This document shows positions 50,005 to 64,000 of a stretch of DNA of 64,000 nucleotides, piece by piece. Source of the stretch: Nageia nagi (taxonomy: Eukaryota > Plantae > Pinophyta). The stretch covers positions 10,788,001-10,852,000 of the forward strand of contig JBITNC010000001.1 of assembly GCA_050084985.1 (NCBI GenBank), given 5' to 3'. Under the pieces are notes generated by a model that was not told the DNA's origin, made no database searches, and saw nothing but the letters and a program-made list of their open reading frames with translations. Both the position numbers and the translations under genes were made by a program. Position 1 is the stretch's first letter. Each line of letters starts with the position of its first letter.

Positions 50005-53000
50005 TGTTAGTATCATATTAATTGTACTTAAAATTCTAAATTACATGCTTACTATTTTGAGTTTCATGTATAGATTGCAAATTGGTATCTTGTAGATTGG
50101 ATGTATAATTGGCCCACTTGTGAGACCAATAAAATCAAACTACTAACTAATTAACCAGCCTACCAACTAGTACTATGTAGTTCATTTTTTAAAAGTTGTT
50201 CTATCTTCATTTTTTTACCTCACTTTTTGCATATAGTGCAATATGAAATGAACAACCAAGGTCATCCACAACCTATAGAATGTATTTAGAGTTTTTTTCA
50301 AGATGTAATTATAGTTAGAGTGTGTTCTCAAGTTCAATACAATATTCATTGGTGTTGTGTAAAATTCTAAATTGATTTGTGTCCATTGTTGAATGCATTC
50401 TTGCCCATTTTAATTGCATAATAGTTTTTCCATTTACTTGCTTGAGCAATTCAATTATTTATTTATTATAATTAATTTCATTTGGTATCAAAGCTTCATT
50501 GGATAAGATTGAATCCAAGGAGTTTTTTAGGAAGAGAAGAGAAGATATGTAAGCAATTCAAATGAAATTCTCATTCTAGAGTTTGATGGAAGTGATTATG
50601 AGTACTGGAGTGTCCAGATGAAAACTCTCTTGAAGGGAAGAGGCTATTGGGATATTGTAGAGGATGGCTACAATGATCTGAATAATTAGGTTGCCTTGAT
50701 TGCAAATGCAAAGAAGAATGTAAAGGAGAAAGAGAAGTAGAATTCCATGGCTCTCTCCTTCATTCAAGCAGCTATGGACAAGAGCATCTTTCCTAGAATC
50801 TTAGCTTGTGTGTTAGCCAAAGAAGCATACCAAGGGAGATTTGAGGTGAAAGAGGTGAAATTCCAAACATTGAGAAGAAAGCTCTAAAATTTGAAACAAG
50901 AAGAGAAGGAGACTACTAGAGATTACTGTGTAAGAGTGAAAGCCATTGTAAATAAAATGGTCACTCTTTGAGAGAAGATAAAGAAGGAGGTTGTCATGGA
51001 GAAGGTTTTGAGAACCTTAACTAATAAGTATGATATTGTTGCACTCATTATTGAAGAAATAAAGGACATATTCTTCCAAAATAGGAGGAAGAAATAAAGA
51101 TAAGAGTAATGTGCAATATTTTTATTGCAATACATTTGGCCATTTTGAGCATGAATGTAGATTGAAACAAGAAAATAAACGTAAATCAGCCCACTATGGA
51201 GAAGAAGAGCATGGATATGATGAAGAATAGTTATTTATTTCAATTGCAAGCCACCAAAAGCTTAAGGATGAGACTTGATTGTTCGATGGTGGCTGCATAA
51301 ACTACATGATTAGTAACAATCTGTACTCTCTTCAATTGATTACTCCTGCAGGTCAAGTGTGAGATTGGGAGATAAGAAGAGCTTGGAAATCATTGGGAAA
51401 GGAGATATGCAAGTTCCAACCAAGAAGAAAATTATTAAGGTTAAATACATCTATTATGCTCTAGATTTAAAACAAAGTCTATTGAGCATTGGTCAAATGC
51501 TAGAAAAGAACTAGAAATTGGTGTTTGAGGATAAGATGTATAAAATTTATGATAAAAAATCATGATGGGAGGCTTGTTATTACTATTCACATGACTACAA
51601 ATAAACTCTTTTTGGTAAAGTTTCTTTACAAGGATGAAGGCTTTGTATTTGTGGGAATTGAAGATAAAAATGTACTTTGGCATATGAGGCTTGGGAACTT
51701 GAATTTTCAAAGTTTGAAAACTCTCCCATCAATAGTGAGAGGGCTACTACAAGTAGAAGATTGTAAATATGTGTACAAGGTATGTGCACTTGGAAAGTAG
51801 GCAAGGAGCAAGTTTCCAAAGGAAGAAGCATGGAGAGCTAAACACCCCCTACAATTGGTCCATATCAATATTTGTAGGCCTATGCAAACTCAAAGCTTTA
51901 GTAAATCCTCTTACTTCATCACTTGCATTAATGATTTCAATAGAATGTGTTGGGATTAATTCATTAAGAGCAAGGATGAAGTATTTGATTATTTTAAGGA
52001 GTTTGAAACTTTTATTAAGAAGAAAAGTGGGTATAATATGAAGTGTTTGATAAGTGATAGAGGAGGAGAATACTGTAGTAATGAATTTTTTAGTATTGCA
52101 AAGAGAATGGAATTAGGAGACACCTTAGCTCTCCCTAGACACCACAACAAAATGGTGTAGCTGAAAGAAAAATAGGACATTAGTTGATATGGATAGAAGC
52201 ATGATGCAAAGCAAGAAATTGTCCAATATTTATTGGGATTAAGTAGTAAGAACAATTGTGTACATTTTGAATCGATCTCCTATAATAAGCTTGGATAAAA
52301 TTATCCCCTAGGAAGCTTGGTTTCAAAGAAAACCAAATTTGCAACACTTGAGAGTGTTTGGTTATCATGTATATGTGCATGTAAATGATAAAAAGAGGAG
52401 GAAATTTGATGCCAAATCTGAAGCTTGTGTATTTATAGGATATTGTAAGTATTCAAAGGTTTATAAATTTTATAATCCCAAGACTCATAAGATAATTGTG
52501 TATAGAGATTCCATTTTTGATGAAGGGGGAGAGTATAGTAATCAAAAATTACAACAAAAAGTGATTGTAGATGAGAGTTTGGAGGAGAGAACACCATAAA
52601 AAGTGCAATCCAACCATGTTGTGACTTAGAAAAATAAAGGATAACCATCAAGCATGAGTGTTCCAAACTCACTAAGAACCTCTAGGTCCACCATAATACC
52701 AACAAGTGTGAGTGCACCAGGTTCACCTAATGCAAGGATGATGAATCAAGGTAACAAAGGAACGATATGGTTGAAGGATCACCCATAAAGTCAAATCATA
52801 TATGGCAACACCATGAGGAGGATTACAAGGAGCCAAACCCAAGAAATGCAAAATCTAGTCATAATGTTACAAAACATTTAGTTTTATGGAGATGAAAATT
52901 TTGGAGAGACAAAAGGAGAAATGGTAAATTATACACTTTATTCCTCTATTTCCAATTATATTTCAAATGCAACTATTGTTGAGCTATCTTGTTATGAAGA

Positions 53001-54969
53001 AGCTTGTTATAATATTGTTTGGATGCAAGCTATGAAAGAGGAGATTGATGCTATTGAGAGGAATGATACTCAAGAACTTTGTGAGTTTCCCAAAGGTAAA
53101 AAGGTTATTATTTCCAAGTTGGTGTATTAAAAAAAATGCAAGAGTGATGGAAGCATTGAAAGGTACAAAGCAAAAATAGTGGTAAAAGGATTCACATAAC
53201 AATATGGTGTGGATCTTGAGAAGACATTTACAATTATTACAAGATAAGAAATAATAAGAGTTCAACACATGGATGTAAAGAGTGCCTTTCTCAATGGGTA
53301 CATCTATGAAGGGTGTATGTAGCACAACCTCAAGGATTTGAGGTTCAAGGAAGAAAATAGCAAGTATCCAAACTCAAGAAGGAACTATATGGACTAAAGC
53401 AAACTCCATGAGCTTGGTACATAAGAATTGATGGATACTTCAAAAGTGTGGGATTTAAAAGAAATGTAAGTGAGCCTACTTTATATTTCAAGAAATATGT
53501 ATCTAATATTTTGATTTTTTGTTTGTATGTAGATGATTTGATCTTCATGGGAAACAATAACAATATGAATGAAGATTTCAAAACTCAAATGATGTTTGAG
53601 TTTGAAATGAAAGATCTTAGTTTGATGAGGTACTTCCTCAGCTTGGAGCTGCATAAAAAAAAAAGAAGATATATTTGTGTCGCAATCCAAGTATGCATAT
53701 GATATGTTGAAAAATTTAATAATGAATAATTGCAAACCTTTTGCAACATCTACAACCCATGGAGAACATATTTTCAAAGAAGATGGAGCACCAAAAGTTA
53801 ACAAGAAAGAGTATATGAGAATTTTTGGAAGCCTCATATTTTTAACAAATACAAGTCAAATTTGCAATTTTATGTTTTATTAGTTGCAAGATACATGAGT
53901 GATCCATCAATTATCCATATCAAGGAAGAAAAGAGAATCCTCAGATATGTGAAGGGGATAAAAGTTTTTGGAATACATTACTCATGCAATTCCAAGTTCA
54001 AACTCATAGGTTTTAGTGAAAATGATTGGGGAAATGATTTGGTTGATAGAAAGAGAACATGTGTAAATTGCTTCTGTTAGATTAGGTATGATATCTTGGA
54101 TCTCAAGAAAATAATACATTGTAGTTCTTTCAAGTACTGAGGATGAGTATGTAGCTGTAACAAGTGCTTCAACACAAGCTTTTTGGTTGAGGAAGGTGTT
54201 GAAGGAGATTAGAGAGGAGAACAAAGATGCAACTACTATTTTTTTTTTACAACCAAGGTGCCACCAAGTTGGCACAAAACCCTATCCATCATTCTAGAAC
54301 AAAGCATTTCGATTTGAAGACTCATTTTATTCAAGATTTAGTGGAGAAGGGGCTAGTAAAATTGAGGTATTATCTAACAAAAGATCAAGTGGTTGATATA
54401 TTTACTAAATACATGAAAAAATATGAATTTATGATGCTAAGAGACATAATTTTTGGTCCTCTTATCAACAAGGGGGAGTATGAAGAGTTTCATGAATAAA
54501 TCAGACCATAATTGTACTTAAAAATCCAAATTACATGCTCACTATTTTGAGTTTCATGTACAGACCACAAATCGATGTACTATAGATTGATTGTATAACC
54601 AGGCCATTGATCAAACTAGTAGAACTAGCCTACTAATTTGTTAACTGGACTACCATCTAGTACTATGTATTGCATTTTTTAAAAGTCAATTTGTCTTCAT
54701 TTTTGGCTTCACTTTTTGCATATAGTGGAATACGAAATGAACAACCAAGGTAGTCCATAGTTTGTAGAATGAATTTTGAGTTTTTTTCAAGATGTAATTA
54801 CAGTTAGAGTTTGTTCTCAAGTTCAATAAAATATTCATTGATGTTGTATAAAATTTTGAGTTGATTTGTTCCCATTTTTGAATGCATTCTTGCCCATTTG
54901 AATGGCAGAATAGTTTTTCCATTTACTTGCTTGAGTAATTTAGTTATTTGTTTATTATAATTAACTTCA
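50005..54969 (+). mobile_element. Near-full-length decayed Ty1/Copia
   Basis: LTRs at 50005-50480 and 54479-54969. PBS tggtatcaaagc (tRNA-iMet) at 50483. Gag FDGSDYEYWSVQMK; GAG-pre-integrase LWHMRLG; integrase SDRGGEY; LRVFG..KFDAKSEACVFIGY; [13 protein letters not shown] and LYVDDLIF; RNase H NPIHHSRTKHFD; PPT aagggggag at 54470-54478. Confidence 0.92.
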
Positions 54970-57229
54970 TGGCCAACATTCCTTTCAACTATTCCTTGAT
55001 ACCCAAACCCTTAGGCCAATTTAACTAGCTACTATTTGTTATGCTTTTAGTTCTTAATTTCTTCTTAAGCTCTGACAGCTTGTTGACAAATCCTCTATCT
55101 ATTGTAGAATCCCATATCTTTCATGGCATTAAGTGTGGCCTTTGATACCTTATCTTTTAAAGAAGTTTAAAATGATATATCATTCAAGAACATGCATATA
55201 TTTGATATTTTTATAATTTATTTAATAAAATATAGGTAAGAAAAGAAACAAATCTCCAAATATTCAAATACTTGTAACATGTTTAACATTATAAAGGAAT
55301 AGAATATGTATAATAGAGAAGAAGAAAAAAATTGCTAAGGCCAAGGAATATGCAACTAAATATCAAAAGCTTCTTGCTTCAAGGTTGAAAGAGTAGTGTG
55401 AGCATTGAAGTGAGAGTTTTACCAAGAAAAGGGCATCATATTTCCACCTCTCAATTGGATCTAAACCATCACCAATTGCTTAATTTTTCTTTTTATTAAA
55501 AAGGATAAAGATAATTTCATTATATGCAACTGCAAGTTATGCAAAAGAGCCAAGCAAAGTTTCAAGTTTTAATATCATTCAATTTTTAGTATAATAGTGG
55601 AATAAATAATTATGAAGTATTTTATATAAAATGTTATGAGCAATTATCATGAATTTTAGGTTTATTCCTACTTACTATTTGGAGGTTTTAACAAACATTA
55701 TTTTATTATGTTTGATCTGGTTCTAAAATTTTATTTTGATGATTTATTTTCATTGGGTGGTTGTGAGTGATTGTGATAAATTATCCTTGGGAGTATTCTT
55801 ATTTGTATTGGAAGCTCTTTATATTGTCGAATATTCTTCTTTATATGAGAAACTAAAATTCAAATACTTCATTGATATATATTTAATTATGGACAAAGTT
55901 TGATAGGTCCTGCAGACTGATGGGTTAAAAAGGAAGTTAAAAGACATATATCTATCTATATAATCATTAACAAAAATAATATTATATAGAATAAAATTAT
56001 ATTTACTAGCAACACCCAATTTGGCATATTTTTATATAACCCTTTAATAATCTAAATCATAACATCCTTGACCTTATATTGTCTACTCAAGTAAGGATTT
56101 ATTTTGATCCATACTTCTTTCTTTCCCATATTTAAAGCTTCCATTGTTTCCTCCATGATCATTGTCTTCTTAACTATCCAAATATCATACAATTTACTCA
56201 ATTCTTCTTTGGTTAGAGTCATTTGCAAGCTTGATAAAACTAGTTTTTTTACCTTCCATGAAGATTGTAAGGGATTTTGGCCTTTGACTCTCATATAAAA
56301 TGTTTGGTATCTTGATGTTTAATATATTTATCATAAAGAACTATCCCTCATTCCATTATTCTCGCCAAATTTGATGCATACCCCATGGTGGATATTGCAA
56401 TATTCTATACTATTGAGCTTTTTAATAGGATCCATTACATGATTTCAATAGCTATTGAATCAAAGATACACCTTCTCCTAGCGCTCAAATCATCAATGTA
56501 AATTTCAAATAAAGGTATTCATTGGTGTTGGTACTCAAAAGCCACCTCTCTCCTACAATATATAGGCCTATATATCTAGTGAATTCCTCCTTCAAAGCTC
56601 TTTTATAGAACTTTAATTATTCTACTATATATATAAACAAAAGGATCAAGAAGAAAATCTACTTAGCTTACCTAAGGACAACTTGGATTGAATTAGGAAA
56701 ATCACTTTTATCAAAACTCTTACCTTCAGGTATACATGGAATTAGAGAAAGGTGCTATTTTCATTTCTAATTATATCAAACTATACATTTCACATGGTCT
56801 TTGATTCTTTCTTATCTAGATAAGGGTTCACTCATACTACCTTTATATCAATACATACCACCATGTCCCTAGAGATCTATCTATATATAGACTATGCAAC
56901 ATGGAATTAGAAATTAAAGATCATTTCATATTCATTTGCCCCATATGCTATGAAACATGAAGTCAATTTCATTACTTATTTTGAGTTTCCCATAATTTGA
57001 AGTCATGGATGAATTATAAATATCAAAATGCATCACACTCTATATTAGAGAAGCCACTTATGTCAAATAGAAAGTGATCATCAATAGATCCCACAACACA
57101 ATAAGTTCGAGACTTATCATTTTTTTAATCATAGGAAGATACCAAGAAGAAGCATAGTATTTTTTAGGAATTGATCTTGATTTTTGGCTAATCATGTATT
57201 TTTAGCTCTCTATTTTCCTATTAGTATAC

Positions 57230-57956
57230 ATAATTTTGATCTACAGGGTCAATTAGCCTAGAGGAGGTCAATCAACACCAATTGGTTGATTAATCGTATT
57301 CTAGATCCAATTGGTTAGCTGATCCTATTGTAGATAAATTTGGTGGTATTATTATTGTAGAATAAATTATACCTAAGGAAACCAATATGATAAATAGGAT
57401 CGGTTTGATAGTGGTCGATCATGATCCAAAGGCATAAAAGTTATATTTTGAGTATGTAAACTCATTATCACATTGTTCTAAGTTTAGTAACTAATGTTTC
57501 TATTAATGATATATTTATTGCATGGATTTTTTACTTCAATTTTGGTTATAATAAAGCTTGCATGAATCTCTATAAATATGTTGTAATATTCATTGTAACT
57601 AGTAAGCAAACTAAGCAAAAGTAAGGAATTAGAGAATAGAGTTTGTATATGAGTGAGAAAGAGAAGAGAGATTGTTGTAGTGAGGATTATTGTGTAACAA
57701 AAGAGAAATTACAATGGTGTTACTATATTTTGTATCTCTTGGTGACTTTATAATGATATAAATAAAGGAATGGATATTCTACATGGACATAGCACACATT
57801 GGATGAACCATGTTACATGCTTGTGTCTTCTCTTATTGATATTATTTGTGTAATTCTTCTTTTGGTTTTGAGTAAAGTAATTTTTAAACTTTATTTTTAT
57901 ATATTTAATCCTAATAATATGATACTTGAAGAGTATGTAAGGGCTATTCATCAACA
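57230..57956 (+). mobile_element. Probable decayed solo LTR
   Basis: TATA box (ctataaata), GA-rich R-like tract, tggacatagc..tggatgaaccatgtta motif, ends TCAACA. No TSD confirmed. Confidence 0.4.
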
Positions 57957-58156
57957 CATTACTATTAGACCCACAAAGATTACTTCCTCTAGTTGCAACG
58001 CCTTGAGCTTATTTCCAACCTCAAATTTTGGAGTAACCCCTTAAATATCCATATGTAGAATTTCTATCTCAATTATACCTATTGTAATCATTATTTTACC
58101 TTTGTATACTTATTTCTCTTAGACATTGAAGCCACTCTAGGTGCTCCCTTGTTGTT

Positions 58157-58158
<2 letters not shown>

Positions 58159-58198
<40 letters not shown>
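58159..58198. repeat. (TA)20 microsatellite
   Basis: Read directly from the sequence. Confidence 0.97.
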
Positions 58199-58203
<5 letters not shown>

Positions 58204-61200
58204 AGTGATAATTTTTTTTTGTCACTTGCGAACATTAATATCAAATTTCAATTTCAATTACATAGTTCAATAATATTTTTATATATATTACCTTGAAGGA
58301 ATGAATTATCCTTCCTCTTTTGGAATTCATTGTCTTCCATTTGAGTAAAGATAATTGTTTCTTAATATCCTTGTAATGTTTATCCATTCTTAAGGAGAGG
58401 TTTTTAATTTTGGACATCATATTTTGAAGGCCTTTTAGTTTCTCAATGAACATTAGCATTTTGAATCATATATTGTGATAGTTGGGGAGGTATAATGTAT
58501 TTTGAATCATAGATTCATGAACCTACTAGCAAAGCACAATGACTTGTATAACTTGAGATATTTTTGGATTGTTACTATTGGAAATTTCTTTTTATCTTCT
58601 TCTCTTTGTCTTAGAAAATCAACATGATTTTTCATTACTAATTTATATAGATTTATGAGATTCTAAATGTACCCTTTGATCCTTTTATTCTCATTTTAGG
58701 CTCTCTACAACTGTAACGCTACCCCACTATACTAAATCCTAAAAATTTAGACTCCTCATTTTGTTTGAAGTATTCCCCATATGAAGTTCACTATTCATGC
58801 ATCATATATCCCACATTGATGATATTTTGTTGTTCTTTATACTATATGTAGATATCACTATCCCTAGATAGGTATTAGGGCATGCTCACCTTGCAATCCC
58901 ACCTCACTTATGAGCAGTTACCCATGATTATCATGCTCTAATTTTATTTGAGTAGCATCTTCTTTCCCATGAGTACACTTTTTTTGAATTAATTTTGAAT
59001 CTATAATTTTGACTAGGTTTAATATCTCATTGATTCACTTGTTAACCTAATCTAAGAATTCCATAATTACTAAGCCTTCTATAATTTTTGTACTTCCTTT
59101 CATATATGTGTATAAAAGTTTCATGCCCTTCTATTTTGATCTATGAATCCCATTAATACTAGATTTAATTATGTAGTTAGCCTTCTATTTTCTTCTTTGA
59201 GAATTGACTAAGTTTTATTTCCATGTCAATGTATTAGATCATCCTAAATCTCAATTCTTTACTAACATCATAAAATTTTATCCCTTAGGTTTGTTACCAA
59301 CAATTTCTTTGGGTGTGAATTATCTACTTTGGCATCATTACAATTTGTCATATGAGCATAACTTCTTATTTAAATGGTTTAGTGAATGTTATCTAGGATA
59401 ATTAAACTCAGAATGCATTATAGTTCTTGTACCATAAATCATATGTAAACATATAAACATGAGATGTAATAAACATAATTAGTGTAAGTTGCCATGACAT
59501 GTTGGCTACTTTCTTTGATATACATTTTTGATACTCGGTTACATATGAATCTTCTTATGTCCTATCTTATATCAAGAATACATCAAAATAATGAATTTAA
59601 AAGTAATTTTTAAATGATTCCATACAATACATCAATTGTGTAAATTCTATCCAATGAGTATAATGATATGGAAAGTCTTCATCTTCTTCCATGGTATCTT
59701 CATGCCATCTTCTTCTCACGATAATCCCAAGGTTCCAAGAATAAATGGTTATGAGTACTAAGAAAGGTTTTTGAGCATTTTGAGGATCAAGATATATCTT
59801 CTTATGATCATAATGTATTCTATTCTACATGCATCACATATCAATTCATACATTAATTTCATACAAGGTATTATATTTACTTAGGTCATACTCTACTTAT
59901 GATCTCAAGAGGTTTTATGATTTTTCCTAAGCTACCTCCATTCATTGATTATAGAGTAATATTTTATTCAAAATGAGACATTACAAAGGAAGTATTAAGA
60001 TTCCAAAGAGCTTTGTATATATCCTCAAGTAATGATCCACCATATTTTATCAAGAAAACCCATAAAATCCATATTGATTATAGATGTATATCAAATTAAA
60101 TATCATTATTTTTGATAACAAAAAGCTTGAATAAATTTATGAACTTTTTATTACATTCATAAAACTTTCCTCATTTCAAGCTAAATAAACCAATCAAAAA
60201 TCTAGTTAACCCTTTTAGAATCTAGGCTTTCAATCTCACACCAAATTATTATCAAGACCTTATTTATATCCCTTCCAAAATATATTAATTTAAGTTTTTT
60301 AAGATTCAAACTTTTACAAATTTTAATAAATATGACCCACTGTATACTAGTAATATATGCACCAATCGAATGTGTAGGAAAGATTTATGATAAATTACCT
60401 CATTGAAACACTATCTAAATGCGTAATGATGCACAAAATAAATACATTGTAAAGGGTTGTAAATTGATTGATAAATTACCTAATCAAAACACTGTTTAAA
60501 GGGTGTAGGATATACATAGAGTATATGTTGTAAAGGCTTATGAATCATTAGACAAAATACCTTATCAACATGCAATCTTATGGGCATTTCAAACACAAAA
60601 TTTGTAGAGTTAATATGTTAGATGAACCAATGAGTTATTTGGAAAAATATCTCATCAAAATGTATCTTATGGGTGTGATAAATGCAAGATATAAACTTAA
60701 TGAATACATTGTGATTATTTATAAAAAGGTCTTATCAAAATGCAATTTTCTTAGGAGCAAAGTGTCGATAAAGTCAATACAATGGAAGGACTAGTAATGA
60801 CTCATCATAGTGCAATTTCATGGATATAATGAATACAAATTATACATAGGGTCAAAAGTATTTACCTATTTAGCTTGATCCATTCCTATAAAAAAAATAA
60901 TCTAGATGCTGAAATTCCTATCCAAAACTCTTGCAACCTCCTTGAATGTTACGCTAGGAAAAACTCATTCGAACAAACAAATGGATGATATCTTCTCAGG
61001 TAAGACACCCATGGTGTAAAAAAAAAGGGTAAACAAGGTGAATGGAGTGGTAGAGGGGAGTATCTGAGGTAGTTGGCTCATTTGTTTTTGTTAGGAAGAG
61101 TGAGTCTCCAATAGATGATAGTACTCATATTTAATATAGTTTTCTTGTACTTGGGCTTTAATTCCAAGTACTCATTCACATGACAATTGTAAGGCCCATC

Positions 61201-62784
61201 AAATAGTATCTAAAAAAAAACAAAGGTCACCACCTTTTCAAAGTGGAATATAAGGTTTATATTTCAAGATCTCTTTTAAACTATATATATTAATCCCCTT
61301 TTTCTCCTTTATTGGGATAAATATAGACAATAGGTACATTACATTCACCATCTATGTATAGCCAATCTATACAATAGGATTACCTATGAAAAAGTACTAT
61401 AATTCTTACATGTCTCAAGCCAATGTAAAAATCAATAATAATATTAATACTAATAAGGTACCCTTTCTCTTTACATCTAGACAAAGCATACCTTATGTTC
61501 AATGCAAATTCATAAATCAAATTTGTACCTTCATAGTCACATGCTATCTTCCACTATTCAAATAAATAAAGATATAAAATTTAAATCAATATCAATATTC
61601 ACAATTAAACTAACATTATAGCATCTAAGAGTTTATATCAAATGCTTTATATAATATTTTAGCAACTAGATGCTAAAATCAAAAGAAAAGCACTCGGATG
61701 TTCAAGATGGACAATTGAAATGAGAGGACTCCTTCTTCTCATGAGACCCCAAAGCCAATATGGAGGAGAGATGTGTCCCTTTTCTTAAGGTTCCTCAAAT
61801 ATTTATTGTTAAAGGGTAGTATAATCCATCCAAAATAAATAACTATTTGTCCAACTCATCTATTTTATTCATGAGGGATGGGGTTTTATTATTTTTCTTT
61901 TCAAGTCCAATGTCTTTCCAATAAATTGTACACCTAACATTAGAATCCAAAGTATATAAAAATAATTTCACACACCTCACACATAAAATCTAAAAATGTA
62001 TGGAGAAGATTCCAAGATAGCTTTTCAACCACAAAAAAATGATAAATAATCATTTTAACCTTTAAATTTTTATTTTCACCTAAATCTATTAAAATTCCTT
62101 GGTCAAATTTCAAATTCAAATAATTGGAATATTCCTTGCATCATTCAAAAATAGTTAATTAATTTCTTAATCAAATTGCATCATGCATATGTTATCTTTA
62201 ACACACATATTTACTTGCGAGGTCCACCCATCTTGAGAGGTAAATTTCATTAGTACACACACGAGCATCACACACATCAAAGAGATTGAATATCATACTA
62301 AAAAATTATGATATGTAGCTATATGATTTAAGAATATACTTATGAGCTATCAATAATTCAATGCCAATCATTTCCTCACTCTTAATAATCCATTCCTATA
62401 GCCACTTATCTTGGTTCCTTGGGGATCTCTATCCTAATTCTTTTGTTAAGTCGAACCGTAACCTGTATCACACAAAATTTTGAAGCCAACATCAATTTGA
62501 TACAAATATGGCATATAATCATATTTTATTAGTCATCTCATGTTCCCATTCATATTAAAATTTATCGGAGGTAATGAAATTGAATGGGTCATTACAAAAT
62601 TTTGGAAAGCATTCAAAATTGAAGGTGCAATGAGGTTGTTACAATAATTTATTCTCTTGAGGATCCATTATGGCATTTAAAATGCTCTATGCAATCCTTA
62701 GGAGACCCCCTTTCATTTCCAAATTCAAAATGGATATCTAAGTTTATCCCAGAGTGGTGTTCAAAGAAGAAGAGCTTGGTGTAT

Positions 62785-62801
62785 ACACACACACACACAC
62801 A
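62785..62801. repeat. Short (AC)n microsatellite
   Basis: Read directly from the sequence. Confidence 0.85.
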
Positions 62802-64000
62802 TAAAAGGTTTCCTCATTTTAAGGGTTATTAAGTGTAGCTTATTCTATTTCAAATAATTTGATGAATTTGATAGGTGAGGGTTGAAGATATTCATGTGAT
62901 ATATCTTAGTGAAAATAATATTATCCATTTATTATTCTTGTAAAGGAATAAGTATCTTCATATGGGGTTAATACAACTATTTTATTAGTGGTATGTTCTT
63001 TGTATTCTTTGATTATATCACCTATTGGTTTATATTTTGAAATAGAGATAAAAGAATACAAGGTAAAATACATGTCATCATACCTTATCAGAATTTTATT
63101 AGCACTATATTGTTATTTTTGACCAATTAATAAGGTTAATAATTTAGAAATTAATACCTTTAAAAATATCCATTGAACCTTTTTATTGATCATTTATCTA
63201 CTTAACTAACCTAAGGGGGAAAATCAATTTCTATCCCTTCAACTATTAACTTGGTAGAAGTTACCTTGGATTTACATATGACCTTGAACAAGGCTTGAAA
63301 CTTGAAATTTATTTTCTTATATTTAGTCACCATTTTAAAATAGAATGTGTCCAAAATTATATGAATTTTATCTATTCACAACACCTCCCCTAGTCCTCTC
63401 CCTTCACCTCACTCTGACACCCCCTATATGCTTTCTATCATAACCTACTTTGATGGTATACACACCATCAATTATTATGCCAAAATATCTCACCTCATGT
63501 CATGATAATTCTAATAGATCCCACTCCTCACTACCATATCTATGTATGAATTCTTATCTCATGTCCTCTAGGAGGGTGCCCTTAATTCCTTAACCCTGAA
63601 AATTTTTTATTCTAACCCCTTTGTATTCCTACCTCATTTGTAGAATTCAATTGATATAGTAAATATTATATGTCTTTTCATTAGAAGATCCATTTTTCTT
63701 ATTCCATGATCCTTCATCTATACCCAAAACATGTCAAGAGTACCATTTATCCTTAGGTGGAAGAAAGATAATTTTTTTTTACATCTAGGGGAACTATGTT
63801 TCTCAATGCCCTCCATCAATCCCCTAAATCCTTTTAGTGTACCCTCCTCCAAAGTATATCAAGAACTTTAGACAATGATCCTTAGAATTGGATCTCTTAT
63901 GTCAACTCCCTTCTTTGATGTACTTGTTTAACCCACTATTCTTTTCTTTTCACCCCTACCTCCTACCAGTTATTTCCTTCTAGTGGCACTATTTAGAAAC

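Noticed and set aside
55000-64000. Short ORFs and faint minus-strand Gypsy-like traces in the AT-rich tail of the window
   Set aside because: Probably very old retrotransposon debris; no boundaries, intact domains or host gene could be supported.

Overview
Plant nuclear DNA, probably gymnosperm (inferred from the long TE-filled introns and a Tat retrotransposon with the PROT-aRH-RT-RH-INT domain order). The only intact host gene is MTB, the METTL14-like subunit of the m6A writer. It lies on the + strand, starts upstream of the window, and has six coding exons visible (<1-2990, 3459-3542, 22810-22914, 23073-23181, 23630-23781, 29713-30213; about 1312 codons). Its 19.3-kb intron 2 is a nested TE stack that can be reconstructed from target-site duplications (TSDs). 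A minus-strand chromoviral Gypsy was split by an RTEX-like LINE with a (TTTC)n tail. That LINE then received a hAT MITE, two antisense LINE 3' ends, a Copia fragment, a solo LTR and a 2.6-kb non-autonomous LTR element. The best candidate for something undescribed is this last element, which carries an intron-free, pseudogenised fragment of a host cereblon (CRBN/LON-domain) gene followed by a chromodomain tail. Downstream of MTB are a full-length decayed Tat (TatII-type) Gypsy with a large extra 3' ORF, a near-full Copia with a chimeric 5' LTR, and heavily degraded AT-rich repeats. All homology calls are by-eye motif recognition; no database searches were run.
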